From Spirochaetaceae bacterium (GTDB lineage: Bacteria; Spirochaetota; Spirochaetia; DSM-2461), in assembly GCA_965224705.1 (NCBI GenBank), contig OZ245056.1, positions 2,592,001 through 2,656,000 on the forward strand: DNA of 64,000 nt. Reading direction: 5' to 3'. The position numbers were made by a program, and so were the translations under genes. Under the pieces are notes generated by a model. The model had not been told where the DNA came from. It worked only from the letters and a program-made list of their open reading frames with translations, and did not search any database. Each line of letters begins with the position of its first letter. Position 1 is the stretch's first letter. Of this stretch, positions 36,572-47,256 are shown piece by piece.

Positions 36572-39500
36572 TCTATGATTCCCGTACAGCCCATGGATTC
36601 TGCGATGGAAAGCATTCGCTTCAATGAGGGCTTGTTCTGAAAAATTCCATCGGTTTTATACTCCGATATACTTCTAAGAAACAGGTACACAGCCCCTCCT
36701 ATTTCCTTTTCCCAGATTACAGGTCGTTTGGATCTTCCGGCCAGGGCCCTGCAGAGACCCAGCAGGTAGAGTTCATACTGAAGATGATAGTGGTGAGAGT
36801 CCATTAACTCTGCAATACTCTGCCCGGATTCCGTCATGTTGGTTTTCCAGTCTACCACCCACCATAATCCGTCTTTGTTTACAAGTAAATCGATGAAGCC
36901 CTTAAGAAATCCTCTGTCGATTCTCATTTCCAAATCGTCGTCCGTGATGCTGGAATCCCCTGGAATGAACATCTGGAATTCTGCCTCACGGCGGTAACAG
37001 GATGCTTTCAGATTATACAGGGGACCAAGGACGGGAATGGGAGTGCGGAGCGTATTCCTCACAAGGGTTTTCAATTTCAGGTCATTCCCATCTTCTTTGT
37101 ACCAATTCCAGGAGAAGCAGCGTCCGGCCTGATCAGCAAAAAGAGATTCGATATCAGGGTTCTTCATCCATGCCGATTCATCCGGGTTTTCTGCCAGAGA
37201 AAAATCACATTGCTCAAGACAGGCATGAACCATAGTTCCATAAACCGCCCTCCAGGATGCCTCGCTGGAGTCCATTCTCTTTTTTGGGGCAGTCCTGTCG
37301 GCCCTATCCTCTACCTGGCTGGTCAGGGAAGTGTAGCTTGAGTTTGCAGGATCCCGTTTCCCGATATCGCTGGATGGCAGCGGCGCCCTTCTGCCGGGCT
37401 TTACCCCTGGCTGACTCAGGACAGTCAGACTGGAATGGGCAGGTTCAAATATGTGCATACATTTTGAGTCAGCAGCAAGATTTTGAATTCGGGAAAGGAG
37501 TTTTTCTTTGAATTCAGATACATCCTCCACATCCTGTTCGTGGGCGGGGAGGCGAATACCATCCTCGTCAGGGAGTGTTTCATCCAGACCGTCGGCGATA
37601 TTCCAGAATGAATCCAGCTGGACAACATGATCATTTCCTGATGGCAGGGGAACCCAGAGTTTATATGCTGCTCTGGTGAATGCCACATACCACAGCCTTT
37701 TATCCTCTTCCCAGGCATAGGCCCGATGACAGTTAAAATTTTTCTCACGGCAGATATGATCGATTACAAGTGTACCATTGTCGTCGAATCGCCAGGGAGA
37801 ATGACTGTTTCTCCGTGTTTTTGCAGTGTAACCGCCGTGAAGGAAAACCAGGGGGAACTCCAGCCCCTTGGCTCCATGCATGGTGAGAATACGGACGGCG
37901 GGTTTTTCTGTCGCCAGTCTTATGGCGGATTCTCTGTTCTCCAGATATGCATCACTGGAATTGAGATTCATCCAGGCAATGATGCCTGGAATGTCTCTCA
38001 GCCCTTCAAATTGTTTCTGCTGTATGAGTTCACAGAGTTGTCTCCAGTCCTGCCACTTTCTTTCTCCATCGGGTTCGGATAGAACTCGTCTGTTCCAGGG
38101 GCGGGATAGCTTCTCTTCGACATCCTTCCTGTTGATCTTTCCTGCCCATATTCCGAGATTTTTTGTAAAGGAAAAGAAATCTTCAAGGGCCTCAGTTGCT
38201 CGGCCAAGAAGGAAGGCACTCCTCCATTCCATGCCTTTTTCCGAGAAGAGGTCAAGATAACCGGCCTTTTCAAAACTGATCAGCAAATCCGGGGGTAATC
38301 GGTGGAACTCTCCCAGCAATACTCCCCGCCACAGGGATTGATTCCGGGGATTTTCAATGGCTTCAAGCAGTTCCTTAAGGGTCTGTGCTATGGATTGGGT
38401 TAATACTGACTGAGTGCGGAATCGGACAGCGGGTACCCCCAACGCCGTCAATCGATTGTAAATATCTTCTTCCTGCCTGACCGTACGGACAAGGACGGCA
38501 ATCTCGGAGGCAGAGACCTCCCTGGACCTGTCTTCCGAAAGCCATCGGGCTCCGGTAACCGGATCCAGTATGGCTCTTATTTCCTGAACAATGCCCTCAG
38601 CAATCTGATTCTCACCTTCTGCTTTCAGCAGGGCAATTGGCCTGTCAGCATTGCTCCAATCCAGTTCTTCCCTGTTTTGAAAACCTGAGGCCGCCGGCTG
38701 AAAACCAACTGGCTGCCCTCCATCGGAGCGGGTTTGAAAAATGGGTTCAAACAAACGGTTAACTCCGGCCACCAGAGCAGATCGAGAACGATAATTCGTA
38801 TCAAGGCAGTAGCGGTTTTTCTCCGGTACAACAGATTGAGCAGCATAATACCCCTGAAGGCCAGTTCCCCGAAAGCCATAGATACTCTGCTTCGGATCTC
38901 CAATCAGGGCCAGAATATGTTCAGGCGCATCAAAGATCGTTTTGAACAATTTCCACTGCTGGGGGTCCGTATCCTGAAATTCATCAATCAGGGCTGCTTT
39001 ATACCGCTTCCCGAGCAGGTTTTTCAGGGGTGACTCCCCATCATTGACGGCCTTATTCACCCGGCGAATAAGATCGGCATAGCTCCATATCCCCGATTCA
39101 TTCTTACGGGCTTCAATGCGCTGTTCCAGTCTTTTCCGAGCCTGGTTGTAGAAAAGACACTGCATGTAACGGTCAATGAGATTGATAACTGCGTTCTTCG
39201 GGCGAAAATCAATGTAGGGCTGCAGGGCTGTAATAAGATCTTTCACGGCATCCAGGAGCTTCCTGGTTTCCGGATTCAGAGACGCCGGGATGACATTCAG
39301 GCTGTAGACTGCGTATAGAAGGGATTGGAAATGCCCGCCGATCCCGGAATTGGATGGATCACCGAAGATTTCATCTGTGAGGGATGGAATACCGCGAAGG
39401 CTGCGGCAGGCAGCTAGGTGTCGACAGATTTTTTCAAGGGAATCGCTTCGCTTCTTTGTGCCGACAGAAACCAGAAAAAGATCTCTAACGGCCTCAATAC

Positions 39501-40170
39501 TCCAGGAAGGGGAGAATAGTCTATCGGCAGCACGGCATAAATGTCCCCCGGGATTTTCTGAATCGGTAAGAAAGGAATGAAATCGGTCAATGTCATCGTC
39601 TGTGGGAAGGATGAGGGAATCAGGAGGAATGTTTTCATTGATGAGAAGTCGGACGATTTTTTCGACGAGTTTTTCACTGGAACCTGACTGACGAAAGGCC
39701 GCTTCAAGTACCCTCTTATCGATGGTGGAGATTTCCCTGGAAGCCAGCCATGAGTACGTTTCTTCCGTTTCCAATTTATGGCTGGAAACCAGATCCTGCT
39801 GGAAGGGAGATGATGATTCAAAGGGCCAGGTGGATAGAACCATGAGACAGAAGCTGTGAATCGTGTAAATAGCTGCACTGTCGAAGGCTGTCAGGGCGGA
39901 CTGATACTTGAGGCGTTCCAGTTCATCCCGACTCTCCTCCCGGGACCGCTGTTTGAGAATCTTCCGGATACGTTCCCTCATTTCTCTGGCGGCCTTGTTA
40001 CTGAAAGTGACCACAAGAATTTGATCAATGCTCAGAGGATCGTGTTTTCTTCCAATCAGTCGGGAAACCATTCGTTCAAGAGCATAGGTTTTTCCTGTAC
40101 CGGCCGATGCTTCAAGAAGCATTGTCCCGGCTATCGGTGATTTTTCAGGTTCGAAAACTTGTGAACTCAC
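36568..40170 (-). CDS. recB: Exodeoxyribonuclease V beta subunit
   Basis: Motifs EASAGTGKT, DEFQDTD, GDPKQSIY.FRG and KGLEF, plus the C-terminal nuclease motif GFIDL...DWKT. Confidence 0.93.
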   Translation of the reverse strand: MSSQVFEPEKSPIAGTMLLEASAGTGKTYALERMVSRLIGRKHDPLSIDQILVVTFSNKAAREMRERIRKILKQRSREESRDELERLKYQSALTAFDSAAIYTIHSFCLMVLSTWPFESSSPFQQDLVSSHKLETEETYSWLASREISTIDKRVLEAAFRQSGSSEKLVEKIVRLLINENIPPDSLILPTDDDIDRFHSFLTDSENPGGHLCRAADRLFSPSWSIEAVRDLFLVSVGTKKRSDSLEKICRHLAACRSLRGIPSLTDEIFGDPSNSGIGGHFQSLLYAVYSLNVIPASLNPETRKLLDAVKDLITALQPYIDFRPKNAVINLIDRYMQCLFYNQARKRLEQRIEARKNESGIWSYADLIRRVNKAVNDGESPLKNLLGKRYKAALIDEFQDTDPQQWKLFKTIFDAPEHILALIGDPKQSIYGFRGTGLQGYYAAQSVVPEKNRYCLDTNYRSRSALVAGVNRLFEPIFQTRSDGGQPVGFQPAASGFQNREELDWSNADRPIALLKAEGENQIAEGIVQEIRAILDPVTGARWLSEDRSREVSASEIAVLVRTVRQEEDIYNRLTALGVPAVRFRTQSVLTQSIAQTLKELLEAIENPRNQSLWRGVLLGEFHRLPPDLLISFEKAGYLDLFSEKGMEWRSAFLLGRATEALEDFFSFTKNLGIWAGKINRKDVEEKLSRPWNRRVLSEPDGERKWQDWRQLCELIQQKQFEGLRDIPGIIAWMNLNSSDAYLENRESAIRLATEKPAVRILTMHGAKGLEFPLVFLHGGYTAKTRRNSHSPWRFDDNGTLVIDHICREKNFNCHRAYAWEEDKRLWYVAFTRAAYKLWVPLPSGNDHVVQLDSFWNIADGLDETLPDEDGIRLPAHEQDVEDVSEFKEKLLSRIQNLAADSKCMHIFEPAHSSLTVLSQPGVKPGRRAPLPSSDIGKRDPANSSYTSLTSQVEDRADRTAPKKRMDSSEASWRAVYGTMVHACLEQCDFSLAENPDESAWMKNPDIESLFADQAGRCFSWNWYKEDGNDLKLKTLVRNTLRTPIPVLGPLYNLKASCYRREAEFQMFIPGDSSITDDDLEMRIDRGFLKGFIDLLVNKDGLWWVVDWKTNMTESGQSIAELMDSHHYHLQYELYLLGLCRALAGRSKRPVIWEKEIGGAVYLFLRSISEYKTDGIFQNKPSLKRMLSIAESMGCTGIIE

Positions 40171-43100
40171 AGAAGACCGCCTTCGATGTAGATCGCTCTA
40201 TAGGCCCTGTGCAGTTGATCATCGTCCAGGGGAGGATTCGGTAAGAACCTTTTTCTCCAGGGACAGTCCCGCATTGCAGAGAACGGTTTAAAATCATTGG
40301 TCACAATTTCTTCCCAGATGGAGGCTGCAGCCTCTTTGAAATCTTCATCATCCCCGGGATCGGCGGATTTTTTGATTCTTTCAGCCAATTCCGGGTAGAG
40401 GGGGAGGGGAGTTTTCTGGCCTCTTCTATAGAAATTGACAAGATTTGCAAGGTGTTCTGCAGGATTGATGATGAGCCGTTTTTCACCAGCACTGCCGGCA
40501 GGAACCATATCCTCTTTGAAGTAGTATCTTCTGGCTTTATAGTCTCTTGCTCCGATGCGGAAGACACGTATCTCTCCTGGAGTATTTTCACCCAGGGCCG
40601 TGGCCAGAACCAGGGCTGCCACCCAGTTGTGCAGGTTGTATGATGCGTTTGGGGTATGATTGGAAATGAAGTCAAGAAAAGTCCATACCCTTCGGTCCGG
40701 TTTCCCATCTTTTGACAGAAGTCTTAAGCCATTGATGTCTCCATTGACGAGAAGGGGGGATGTTCCCGCCAGAGCCATTTTTGGGGCTGGAAGATTCAGA
40801 ATCTCCTGATTCGGAATGTCATGAAGCTTGTTATGATCGATTAAATCGCCGGCTTTTTCCGTCAGTCGGCATGAAAATGAGGGGCCGGGATGAAAACCTT
40901 CGTTGGTGATGCGATGCAGCTGATCCTTCATCGTTTTTGCATCTTTCAGCCATCTCTCTGACTGAAAGGCAGCGAATGGAGTGTTACTCATGGCTGATAT
41001 CAGATAGTTTCGTCGGCAGAAAACCTGGATGAATTTCTCAGGGTCTTTGAAGGCTGACACATCCTCCCGTACGGTTTCATCCCTCCATTTCCACCACTCC
41101 AGTGATTCCAATTCCAGAAGGTCATAATTTTCCTGCTCATCCTTACTGGAGAGAAAACCGGCACCCATCCTCTGTCGAAAGAAGTACATTACAGGGTTTT
41201 TCAGGAAGCTGACCAGAGTCTTCCAGTTTACAGAATCATTATTTTCAGGAGGGGATACAGGAAGATTTCTCATCTGAACTGGAGTACGCCCCCGTTCTTC
41301 AGCCAGATAAAGAGCCTTGATGGATGTGGTTGCAAGTGGTCCTTCACCGGTAAGGGCCGACGGATCGTATGGTAAAAGGGGGTGGTGTACGATCAGTTTT
41401 TCAACACCGTCACCAAGGTATTCCATCAGGTCAAGAACGGGTGCGGCCGGGGAAAGCGCTTCCCCATTGACACTGTCCCTGCCGGTGTAAAACAGTGAGA
41501 GATGATCCGACGCTGAGTACAGAGTTTCCAGAAGAGCGAAACGTTCAATGGACTCCCGGGAAAGATCAATGGCTCCCGGTACATTCTTTCTCAGGTCAAA
41601 ACCAGTCAGTCTATCTTGAGTTGGCCAGGTATTCTCATCCAGACCCAGTACATAAATCCGCCGGAATGGAATGGCTCGAGTGGGTTTCAGTGATCCGCAA
41701 TACACTCCCCGGTTTGTATCATTGCTGCGTCTGCCGGAAGAACTTGAGAGGAAATCATCCAGCAAGCCTCGAAAAACCTGCCATGGCAGGTTTGAATTTG
41801 AAAAATCCGAAAGGTGATCCACATCATCACTGAGAGCATTGAGATCTCTCAGGTTTCTTTTAATACGCCGCTGGTGGTACTCATCTTCCACCCTGACAAT
41901 TCTATCCCGCCGGGGGATCAGCCATCGGGCGATGATGCCTTCCCAGAGGGATACCCATCGCCGGAGACTCATGATTTTTCTGTCCAGGGGCCTGATTTCC
42001 TCATCCAGTTTTGCAATAAAAAGCATTAATTGTCCAGAATCCTCCGCCATGGAGTCGGATATATCCGGCATGGGAATTGTCTCCGGATCATCGCCTTCAT
42101 CATGGTAGTATCCGGCGAGAATTCGTTGAAAACCCTGCTGCCAGGAACCTGTTAGCGGATCAGCTGCCCCAAGGCTTCGCCGATGGGTTTCATCCACACC
42201 CCAGCGGATGTTCAGATCTTCAATCAGTGTTTTCCATTGCCCGGCCAGGGCGGGATCTCCCGCAACAGGGGCAATACAGGGATTTTCAAGCAGGCGGATA
42301 AGCTCACAGCGGCCGAAACGGGATCCTGGCAGGTCAAGCATGGCACTCAGTGCGGAGGGGAAGGGAGATTCATCGCGGGCTGGCAGATCGGTTATGCTGC
42401 AGGGCAAATGATCACGCCGGGGAAACCCATCTTCATCCAGTGATGAGAATACTGTTGCAATAAACGGGGCATATAAACCGATTTCCGGGGCCAATACTCC
42501 GATTTGACCTGGAGCAAGTTTTTCATCATTACTCAGGGCCGTGAGTATCTGGTCTTTTAGAATCTCAATACTTCGATGTATCCCTGGAGTATTGTGAAAG
42601 CTTAAACTGCCGTCTTCTACAGGAGATCCGGTGAAATCCTCATCTTTTATAAGGGATGAACGCAGGCGGTGCAGGGTGCTGTCTTCTGTATTGGAATTGT
42701 CCCAGAATTCATATTGGTGTTCTGGTTTCAGCACAGGTATCAGGGAATTAATTCCCGCTGAGAGTCTGGCATTATTGCCAAGGTACATGCCCGCAGGTTT
42801 ATCGAGACTTGAGCAGGGTGATAGCATGAAATGGTGGATATCCAGGGTGGCGGCCAGTTTCCTGAAGAATTCAAGCCCGGATTTTCCAAGAAAGTTTGAG
42901 CCAAACAGAACAATACGGGCGTCTTCGCCGACATACTTTTCATTTGAGCGGGATACTGCTGAGAGAACCTGGCCTAAATGAGCGTAGGGGGCATTGGGAT
43001 GGAGTATTCTGCACCACAAATGCCGCTGCCATGTCTCATCTGGATGAGACATGCCTGCTGGACCGGGAAAAGACATATTTTCTTCCCATGTTTCAACCAT

Positions 43101-43547
43101 GGAGCGGCAATTCATGCTGTAGTAATGGAAACTGTGGGCCAGTGTGCAGGCTAATTCCCAGAGTCTGTTGATTCGGTCAGAGCTCAGGTACTGGTGAACC
43201 TGCTGGAATACTTCATCAGTTTCCGGGATTTCTTCCAGCGCTTTGAACAGGATTAATTGCATATCATCAAGGAAGAGTATTTTCTCGCCGTTTCCACCAA
43301 CAAGATGGCAGGCGGCGGGAAATCCAGAAGCAAACTTCCTCAGGGCCTGTTCGGGCATGAGAAAGTTCAGCCCCATCACCCCCCCCTGTTTTTCAGTCAA
43401 ATATCGGGAGAGCCACTCGCCAAGACCCTCATTCTGAACGATTATGTAAACGGGATCGGAGAGGGGATTGTCAGGAATGAAAATTTCCGGGAATTCATCT
43501 AAAAACTTCTGCAAATTGGACGATCTGTAAAGATGATACCCACTCAT
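40167..43547 (-). CDS. recC: Exodeoxyribonuclease V gamma subunit
   Basis: Motifs Y.S.., IIVQN.G..W, IRWG.D, RAIPFRRI..LGL and FLKNPV..F. 4-nt overlap with recB. Confidence 0.9.
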   Translation of the reverse strand: MSGYHLYRSSNLQKFLDEFPEIFIPDNPLSDPVYIIVQNEGLGEWLSRYLTEKQGGVMGLNFLMPEQALRKFASGFPAACHLVGGNGEKILFLDDMQLILFKALEEIPETDEVFQQVHQYLSSDRINRLWELACTLAHSFHYYSMNCRSMVETWEENMSFPGPAGMSHPDETWQRHLWCRILHPNAPYAHLGQVLSAVSRSNEKYVGEDARIVLFGSNFLGKSGLEFFRKLAATLDIHHFMLSPCSSLDKPAGMYLGNNARLSAGINSLIPVLKPEHQYEFWDNSNTEDSTLHRLRSSLIKDEDFTGSPVEDGSLSFHNTPGIHRSIEILKDQILTALSNDEKLAPGQIGVLAPEIGLYAPFIATVFSSLDEDGFPRRDHLPCSITDLPARDESPFPSALSAMLDLPGSRFGRCELIRLLENPCIAPVAGDPALAGQWKTLIEDLNIRWGVDETHRRSLGAADPLTGSWQQGFQRILAGYYHDEGDDPETIPMPDISDSMAEDSGQLMLFIAKLDEEIRPLDRKIMSLRRWVSLWEGIIARWLIPRRDRIVRVEDEYHQRRIKRNLRDLNALSDDVDHLSDFSNSNLPWQVFRGLLDDFLSSSSGRRSNDTNRGVYCGSLKPTRAIPFRRIYVLGLDENTWPTQDRLTGFDLRKNVPGAIDLSRESIERFALLETLYSASDHLSLFYTGRDSVNGEALSPAAPVLDLMEYLGDGVEKLIVHHPLLPYDPSALTGEGPLATTSIKALYLAEERGRTPVQMRNLPVSPPENNDSVNWKTLVSFLKNPVMYFFRQRMGAGFLSSKDEQENYDLLELESLEWWKWRDETVREDVSAFKDPEKFIQVFCRRNYLISAMSNTPFAAFQSERWLKDAKTMKDQLHRITNEGFHPGPSFSCRLTEKAGDLIDHNKLHDIPNQEILNLPAPKMALAGTSPLLVNGDINGLRLLSKDGKPDRRVWTFLDFISNHTPNASYNLHNWVAALVLATALGENTPGEIRVFRIGARDYKARRYYFKEDMVPAGSAGEKRLIINPAEHLANLVNFYRRGQKTPLPLYPELAERIKKSADPGDDEDFKEAAASIWEEIVTNDFKPFSAMRDCPWRKRFLPNPPLDDDQLHRAYRAIYIEGGLL

Positions 43548-43606
43548 ATTGAAATAATCATATACTATGTTTCCTAAATCCTGAAAGCTGTATACTCTTC
43601 CAGAGT

Positions 43607-44014
43607 ATGTTTTATGTAGAACTCACTGTGCGTGATTATGAATGTGATCAGCAGGGAATTGTTAATAATTCCGTTTATTTGAATTATCTTCAACATGCCC
43701 GTCATGAATTTGGCCGGTCTGTTGGGATGGACTGGCTGGATCTTACTTCTAAAGGTACGAATCTGGTTCTCAGGAAGGTTGAGCTCAACTATTATCGCTC
43801 TCTGTATCCCGGGGATAGAATCCGAATAACGGCCAGACCGTATCGAAAGGGGATGTATCGGCTTTATTTTGATCAGGAGATTCTTCTCCTGCCGGATGAA
43901 CTGCCAGTACTGAAGGCTAAGCTGAATATTGCCTGCGTCATTGACGGGAAACCGGCAGCACCGGCCGATATTGATGCATGGTTTGGGGCTGTTGAGTCAA
44001 TGACCGATCCATGA
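43607..44014 (+). CDS. Acyl-CoA thioesterase (YbgC/4HBT hotdog fold)
   Basis: Motif VRDYECDQQGIVNNSVYLNY. Confidence 0.88.
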   Translation: MFYVELTVRDYECDQQGIVNNSVYLNYLQHARHEFGRSVGMDWLDLTSKGTNLVLRKVELNYYRSLYPGDRIRITARPYRKGMYRLYFDQEILLLPDELPVLKAKLNIACVIDGKPAAPADIDAWFGAVESMTDP

Positions 44015-44038
44015 CTTCTATTTTCGATGGGATCAGAT

Positions 44039-44905
44039 CTATCCTGCCTCCCCATCGTCACAGGTCTTCTCGGCTGGATTTTCAGATTCATTCTTCAGCG
44101 GAGTTTCCCTATCTACTGGAGAACCCCATGATTCAAGTCTGTCTGCAATGAATTCCAATATCTGCCGATGCTCATTCTTGCCTCTTCCAATGGGTTTGAC
44201 AGGCATGCCGAAAGCAATATTGCATGGAATATCGCTGCGAAGCGGGCCATAATCCTTGAATCGTTTCCCGACTCCCCAACAGTCTGTTCGGAGGGCTACA
44301 GGCACAACGGAAACACCAGCCCTTACAGCGAGTTTAATGGCCAGGGAGTTGAATTTGCTGTACTTAAAAACATCCTGCCGGGTACTTTCAGGGAACAAAA
44401 TCACAGAGACACCTTCCTTGAGAAGCCGGGTTCCTTCCTTCAAGACCTGATTCAAGTCTTCACCGGGATGCTTCCGTTTAACCGGGATTGCTTTTAGGCG
44501 TTTGACAACCTGGCCGAAAAAAGGAGTTTTCAGGAGGGAAGCCTTTATTACAAAAGTCATGGGTATGCGGGATGCGACCAGACCGGGTAGGGCATTAACC
44601 TCAAAAGTTCCCTTGTGATTACAGGCAAACACATATGGGCCATTTTCGGCCGGATAATTGTTCAATCCTTCAAATGTCAAATGAATGCCCTGCTTTTCAG
44701 TGATTCTCATGACTCTCAAAGCCTGAAGGGTTACGGCTTTCTGGGGATCTTTTGATACCAGGAATTTCAACCCTGACCATATAACCAGGAGACTGTAGCG
44801 CAGGTAAAACCAGAATTCTCCCTTGAAGAAGCGGCTGTTTTTAAATCTTTGATGCTTTTGAGGATCTGTTGAGTATCGATCTGATGATATATCGGGAAGG
44901 TACAT
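44039..44905 (-). CDS. Lysophospholipid acyltransferase (PlsC-like)
   Basis: Motifs NH...E, FVIKASL and FPESTR. Confidence 0.85.
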   Translation of the reverse strand: MYLPDISSDRYSTDPQKHQRFKNSRFFKGEFWFYLRYSLLVIWSGLKFLVSKDPQKAVTLQALRVMRITEKQGIHLTFEGLNNYPAENGPYVFACNHKGTFEVNALPGLVASRIPMTFVIKASLLKTPFFGQVVKRLKAIPVKRKHPGEDLNQVLKEGTRLLKEGVSVILFPESTRQDVFKYSKFNSLAIKLAVRAGVSVVPVALRTDCWGVGKRFKDYGPLRSDIPCNIAFGMPVKPIGRGKNEHRQILEFIADRLESWGSPVDRETPLKNESENPAEKTCDDGEAG

Positions 44906-44917
44906 ATCGACTCCAGT

Positions 44918-45745
44918 CTAACCAAATTCCAGTGAACCCTGGGTTTCATTTCTGAGGTTACCTGATTGTATACTCTTTTCCCAATATGCTTCAGTGGAGG
45001 CGTTCAGATCATTGTATGACAGATTGAGATCCTGCAGGTGTGAAAGAGTTCGAAGTGACTCAGGTATAAACACAATTCGATTCATGGCAAGATCCAATGT
45101 GCGCAGATACTGCATATGACACCAGTTATCCGGAAGGCTGGAGATTCTATTCCCCCTGAGAGAGAGTAGACGAAGTGATTTAAACCGGCTCATACAGGGA
45201 AGGGTTGTAATACGGTTGAAAGAAAGGTTGAGAGCTGACAGCCTGGTGAGTTTTAGAATTGATTTTGGGATGCAGGTTAGCTTATTCCCGGCGAGATCCA
45301 GAATACGCAGGGAACTGACCTCGGAAATCATCTCAGGCAGTTCTCTAAGTCCCATGTTCCTTATAATGAGAATTTTTAATTGCGGCAGCATGAAAAGTCC
45401 CTGAGGAAGATGAAATTCCCTGAAGAAGTTTCCTTCAGTCATCTTCACTCTCAATACCCTGTGCTTGAGTAGAAATGTATCAGGAGCCATACCCAGGAGT
45501 TCATACATTGCATAGAATAGTGCAGGATTCTTGGCAGAATCGCTGGAATTTGAAAAAAAGCCTTCAGGAATAAGATTCCCTCTGGAATCGATATGACAAT
45601 CTTTGAAAAACTCCTCACAAAGAACTTCAAAGTTGGGTTTTTGTTTCAGACCATTGATGAGTACATCAATCTCATGGTATTCCGAGTTCAAAAATGTGTA
45701 CCGCAACCGATCGATCAGATCTTGACGGCTGTCAGACATTTCCAT
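44918..45745 (-). CDS. Leucine-rich repeat protein (LxxLxLxxNxL type)
   Basis: About six 22-23-aa repeats, e.g. LRILDLAGNKLTCIP. Confidence 0.85.
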   Translation of the reverse strand: MEMSDSRQDLIDRLRYTFLNSEYHEIDVLINGLKQKPNFEVLCEEFFKDCHIDSRGNLIPEGFFSNSSDSAKNPALFYAMYELLGMAPDTFLLKHRVLRVKMTEGNFFREFHLPQGLFMLPQLKILIIRNMGLRELPEMISEVSSLRILDLAGNKLTCIPKSILKLTRLSALNLSFNRITTLPCMSRFKSLRLLSLRGNRISSLPDNWCHMQYLRTLDLAMNRIVFIPESLRTLSHLQDLNLSYNDLNASTEAYWEKSIQSGNLRNETQGSLEFG

Positions 45746-45819
45746 TCAATTATAATGATTGACCTTCAGTGTTATGTCAAACTTGGAAATCAAGAGAAGG
45801 CATCAAATTCCATGATACG

Positions 45820-46323
45820 CTAAAAATCAGTAATCAGTATTGAACCTCCACTGCCAAGCGCCTCCCTTCCATGCTTCATGCATTTCAGTAGAATTGCCAG
45901 TTGTTCAGGTTCAAACTTCTTATAAATAATACCATCTGTGAAGCCAGCCTCCTGAGCCCAGTGATTCCAGGAATTTGCGATACTCCTGATTTCTTCGTCT
46001 ATTTTAATACTGTTTGAATTGTTTATTAAACTGGAACGAATACTGCTCATCCAGTTCTGCAATTTGTCAGGATCAGGCCATGGATCAAGAAATGGCTGAC
46101 TGGGCCGGTGGAGTTTGAGTTTTACAGTATAGGAGAATTGATGTGTCTCCATATCAACAAGTATCTGCCTGTAGTCTATTTCCATTCCAAGTTTCTCAGA
46201 CATCAGGTGGTCAGTTCTACTCAAGGCATCCAGGGAAATTCTGACTGCCGGAAGCATTTGTCTGCGTCCATTGTTTTGAATCTGAGTGGTTAATTGTACC
46301 TGGTATTGGATTTCCTGATTCAC
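45820..46323 (-). CDS. Hypothetical protein
   Basis: 167-aa ORF with a 4-nt overlap with the recR stop. Confidence 0.65.
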   Translation of the reverse strand: MNQEIQYQVQLTTQIQNNGRRQMLPAVRISLDALSRTDHLMSEKLGMEIDYRQILVDMETHQFSYTVKLKLHRPSQPFLDPWPDPDKLQNWMSSIRSSLINNSNSIKIDEEIRSIANSWNHWAQEAGFTDGIIYKKFEPEQLAILLKCMKHGREALGSGGSILITDF

Positions 46324-46928
46324 ACGGAAGTTTCCTGGTCTGCCAGATTTTGACGGGCTTTCAATGCTCTTGAAATGCTGAGCTTATCGGCATATTCCAT
46401 ATCACCTCCCACAGGCAGCCCGGAAGCGATTCGAGTTACATTGATGCCCTCATCGGCCAGCATGTGCAATATGTAAAGTGCGGTCGAATCACCTTCCAAT
46501 GTAGGATTCGTTGCAACAATAATTTCATTCACACCGTATTGACGAATACGGGATAACATCCTGTTGAGTCCAAGCTCATCCGGTCCCATGCCGTCCAGAG
46601 GTGAAAGAACCCCATGGAGAACATGATATAAGCCCTGGAATTCCCCTGTCATTTCAATTGTTGCTACATCTTTTGGATGCTCTACAACACACATTATATT
46701 CTGGTTTCTCCCGGGAGAATCACAAACTTCGCATAAGGCCGATTCTGCATAATTACCGCATTCTCTGCATCGCATTATATGGCGGCGTATTTCCATCAGG
46801 TCCGTAGAAAAATTCTGAATGAACTCCTTGTTTGTCTCCAGGAGCCAATAGGAGATTCGGGATGCACTTTTGCGTCCTATTCCCGGCAGCCTGGAGAAAT
46901 GATTGATTAAACGGTCCAATCGTTCCAA
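46320..46928 (-). CDS. recR: Recombination mediator RecR
   Basis: LPGIGRKSA HhH motif, C4 zinc finger and Toprim motif ATNPTLEG. Confidence 0.95.
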   Translation of the reverse strand: MERLDRLINHFSRLPGIGRKSASRISYWLLETNKEFIQNFSTDLMEIRRHIMRCRECGNYAESALCEVCDSPGRNQNIMCVVEHPKDVATIEMTGEFQGLYHVLHGVLSPLDGMGPDELGLNRMLSRIRQYGVNEIIVATNPTLEGDSTALYILHMLADEGINVTRIASGLPVGGDMEYADKLSISRALKARQNLADQETSV

Positions 46929-47252
46929 TTAAGGACCCTTGCCCGTTAGATCAGATGGGATGTTGAGATCGACTGCAGCCTTACCAAGATCTTTTTGCAG
47001 AATCAGTCTCATTTTCCTGACAGCATCGGTAAAGGATGCCGCAATCAATTCTTCCAGCATTTTGATATCTCTGGGATCAACTGCGATGGGATCTATGGTG
47101 ACAGATATTGCTTCCATTGTTCCATCCACAACGACTTTCACCAGGTCGCCGCCGGAGGACCCTTCAGCACGGAATGATTTAAGTCTTTCCTGGGCCAGTC
47201 CCAGTTTGGATTGCAGAGTCTGGAAATCCTTTATAAAATCCATTGGATTCAT
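46929..47252 (-). CDS. ybaB: YbaB/EbfC nucleoid-associated protein
   Basis: Motifs G.SGG.LVKV and D..MLE.LI.A. Lies between dnaX and recR. Confidence 0.9.
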   Translation of the reverse strand: MNPMDFIKDFQTLQSKLGLAQERLKSFRAEGSSGGDLVKVVVDGTMEAISVTIDPIAVDPRDIKMLEELIAASFTDAVRKMRLILQKDLGKAAVDLNIPSDLTGKGP

Positions 47253-47256
47253 CTTT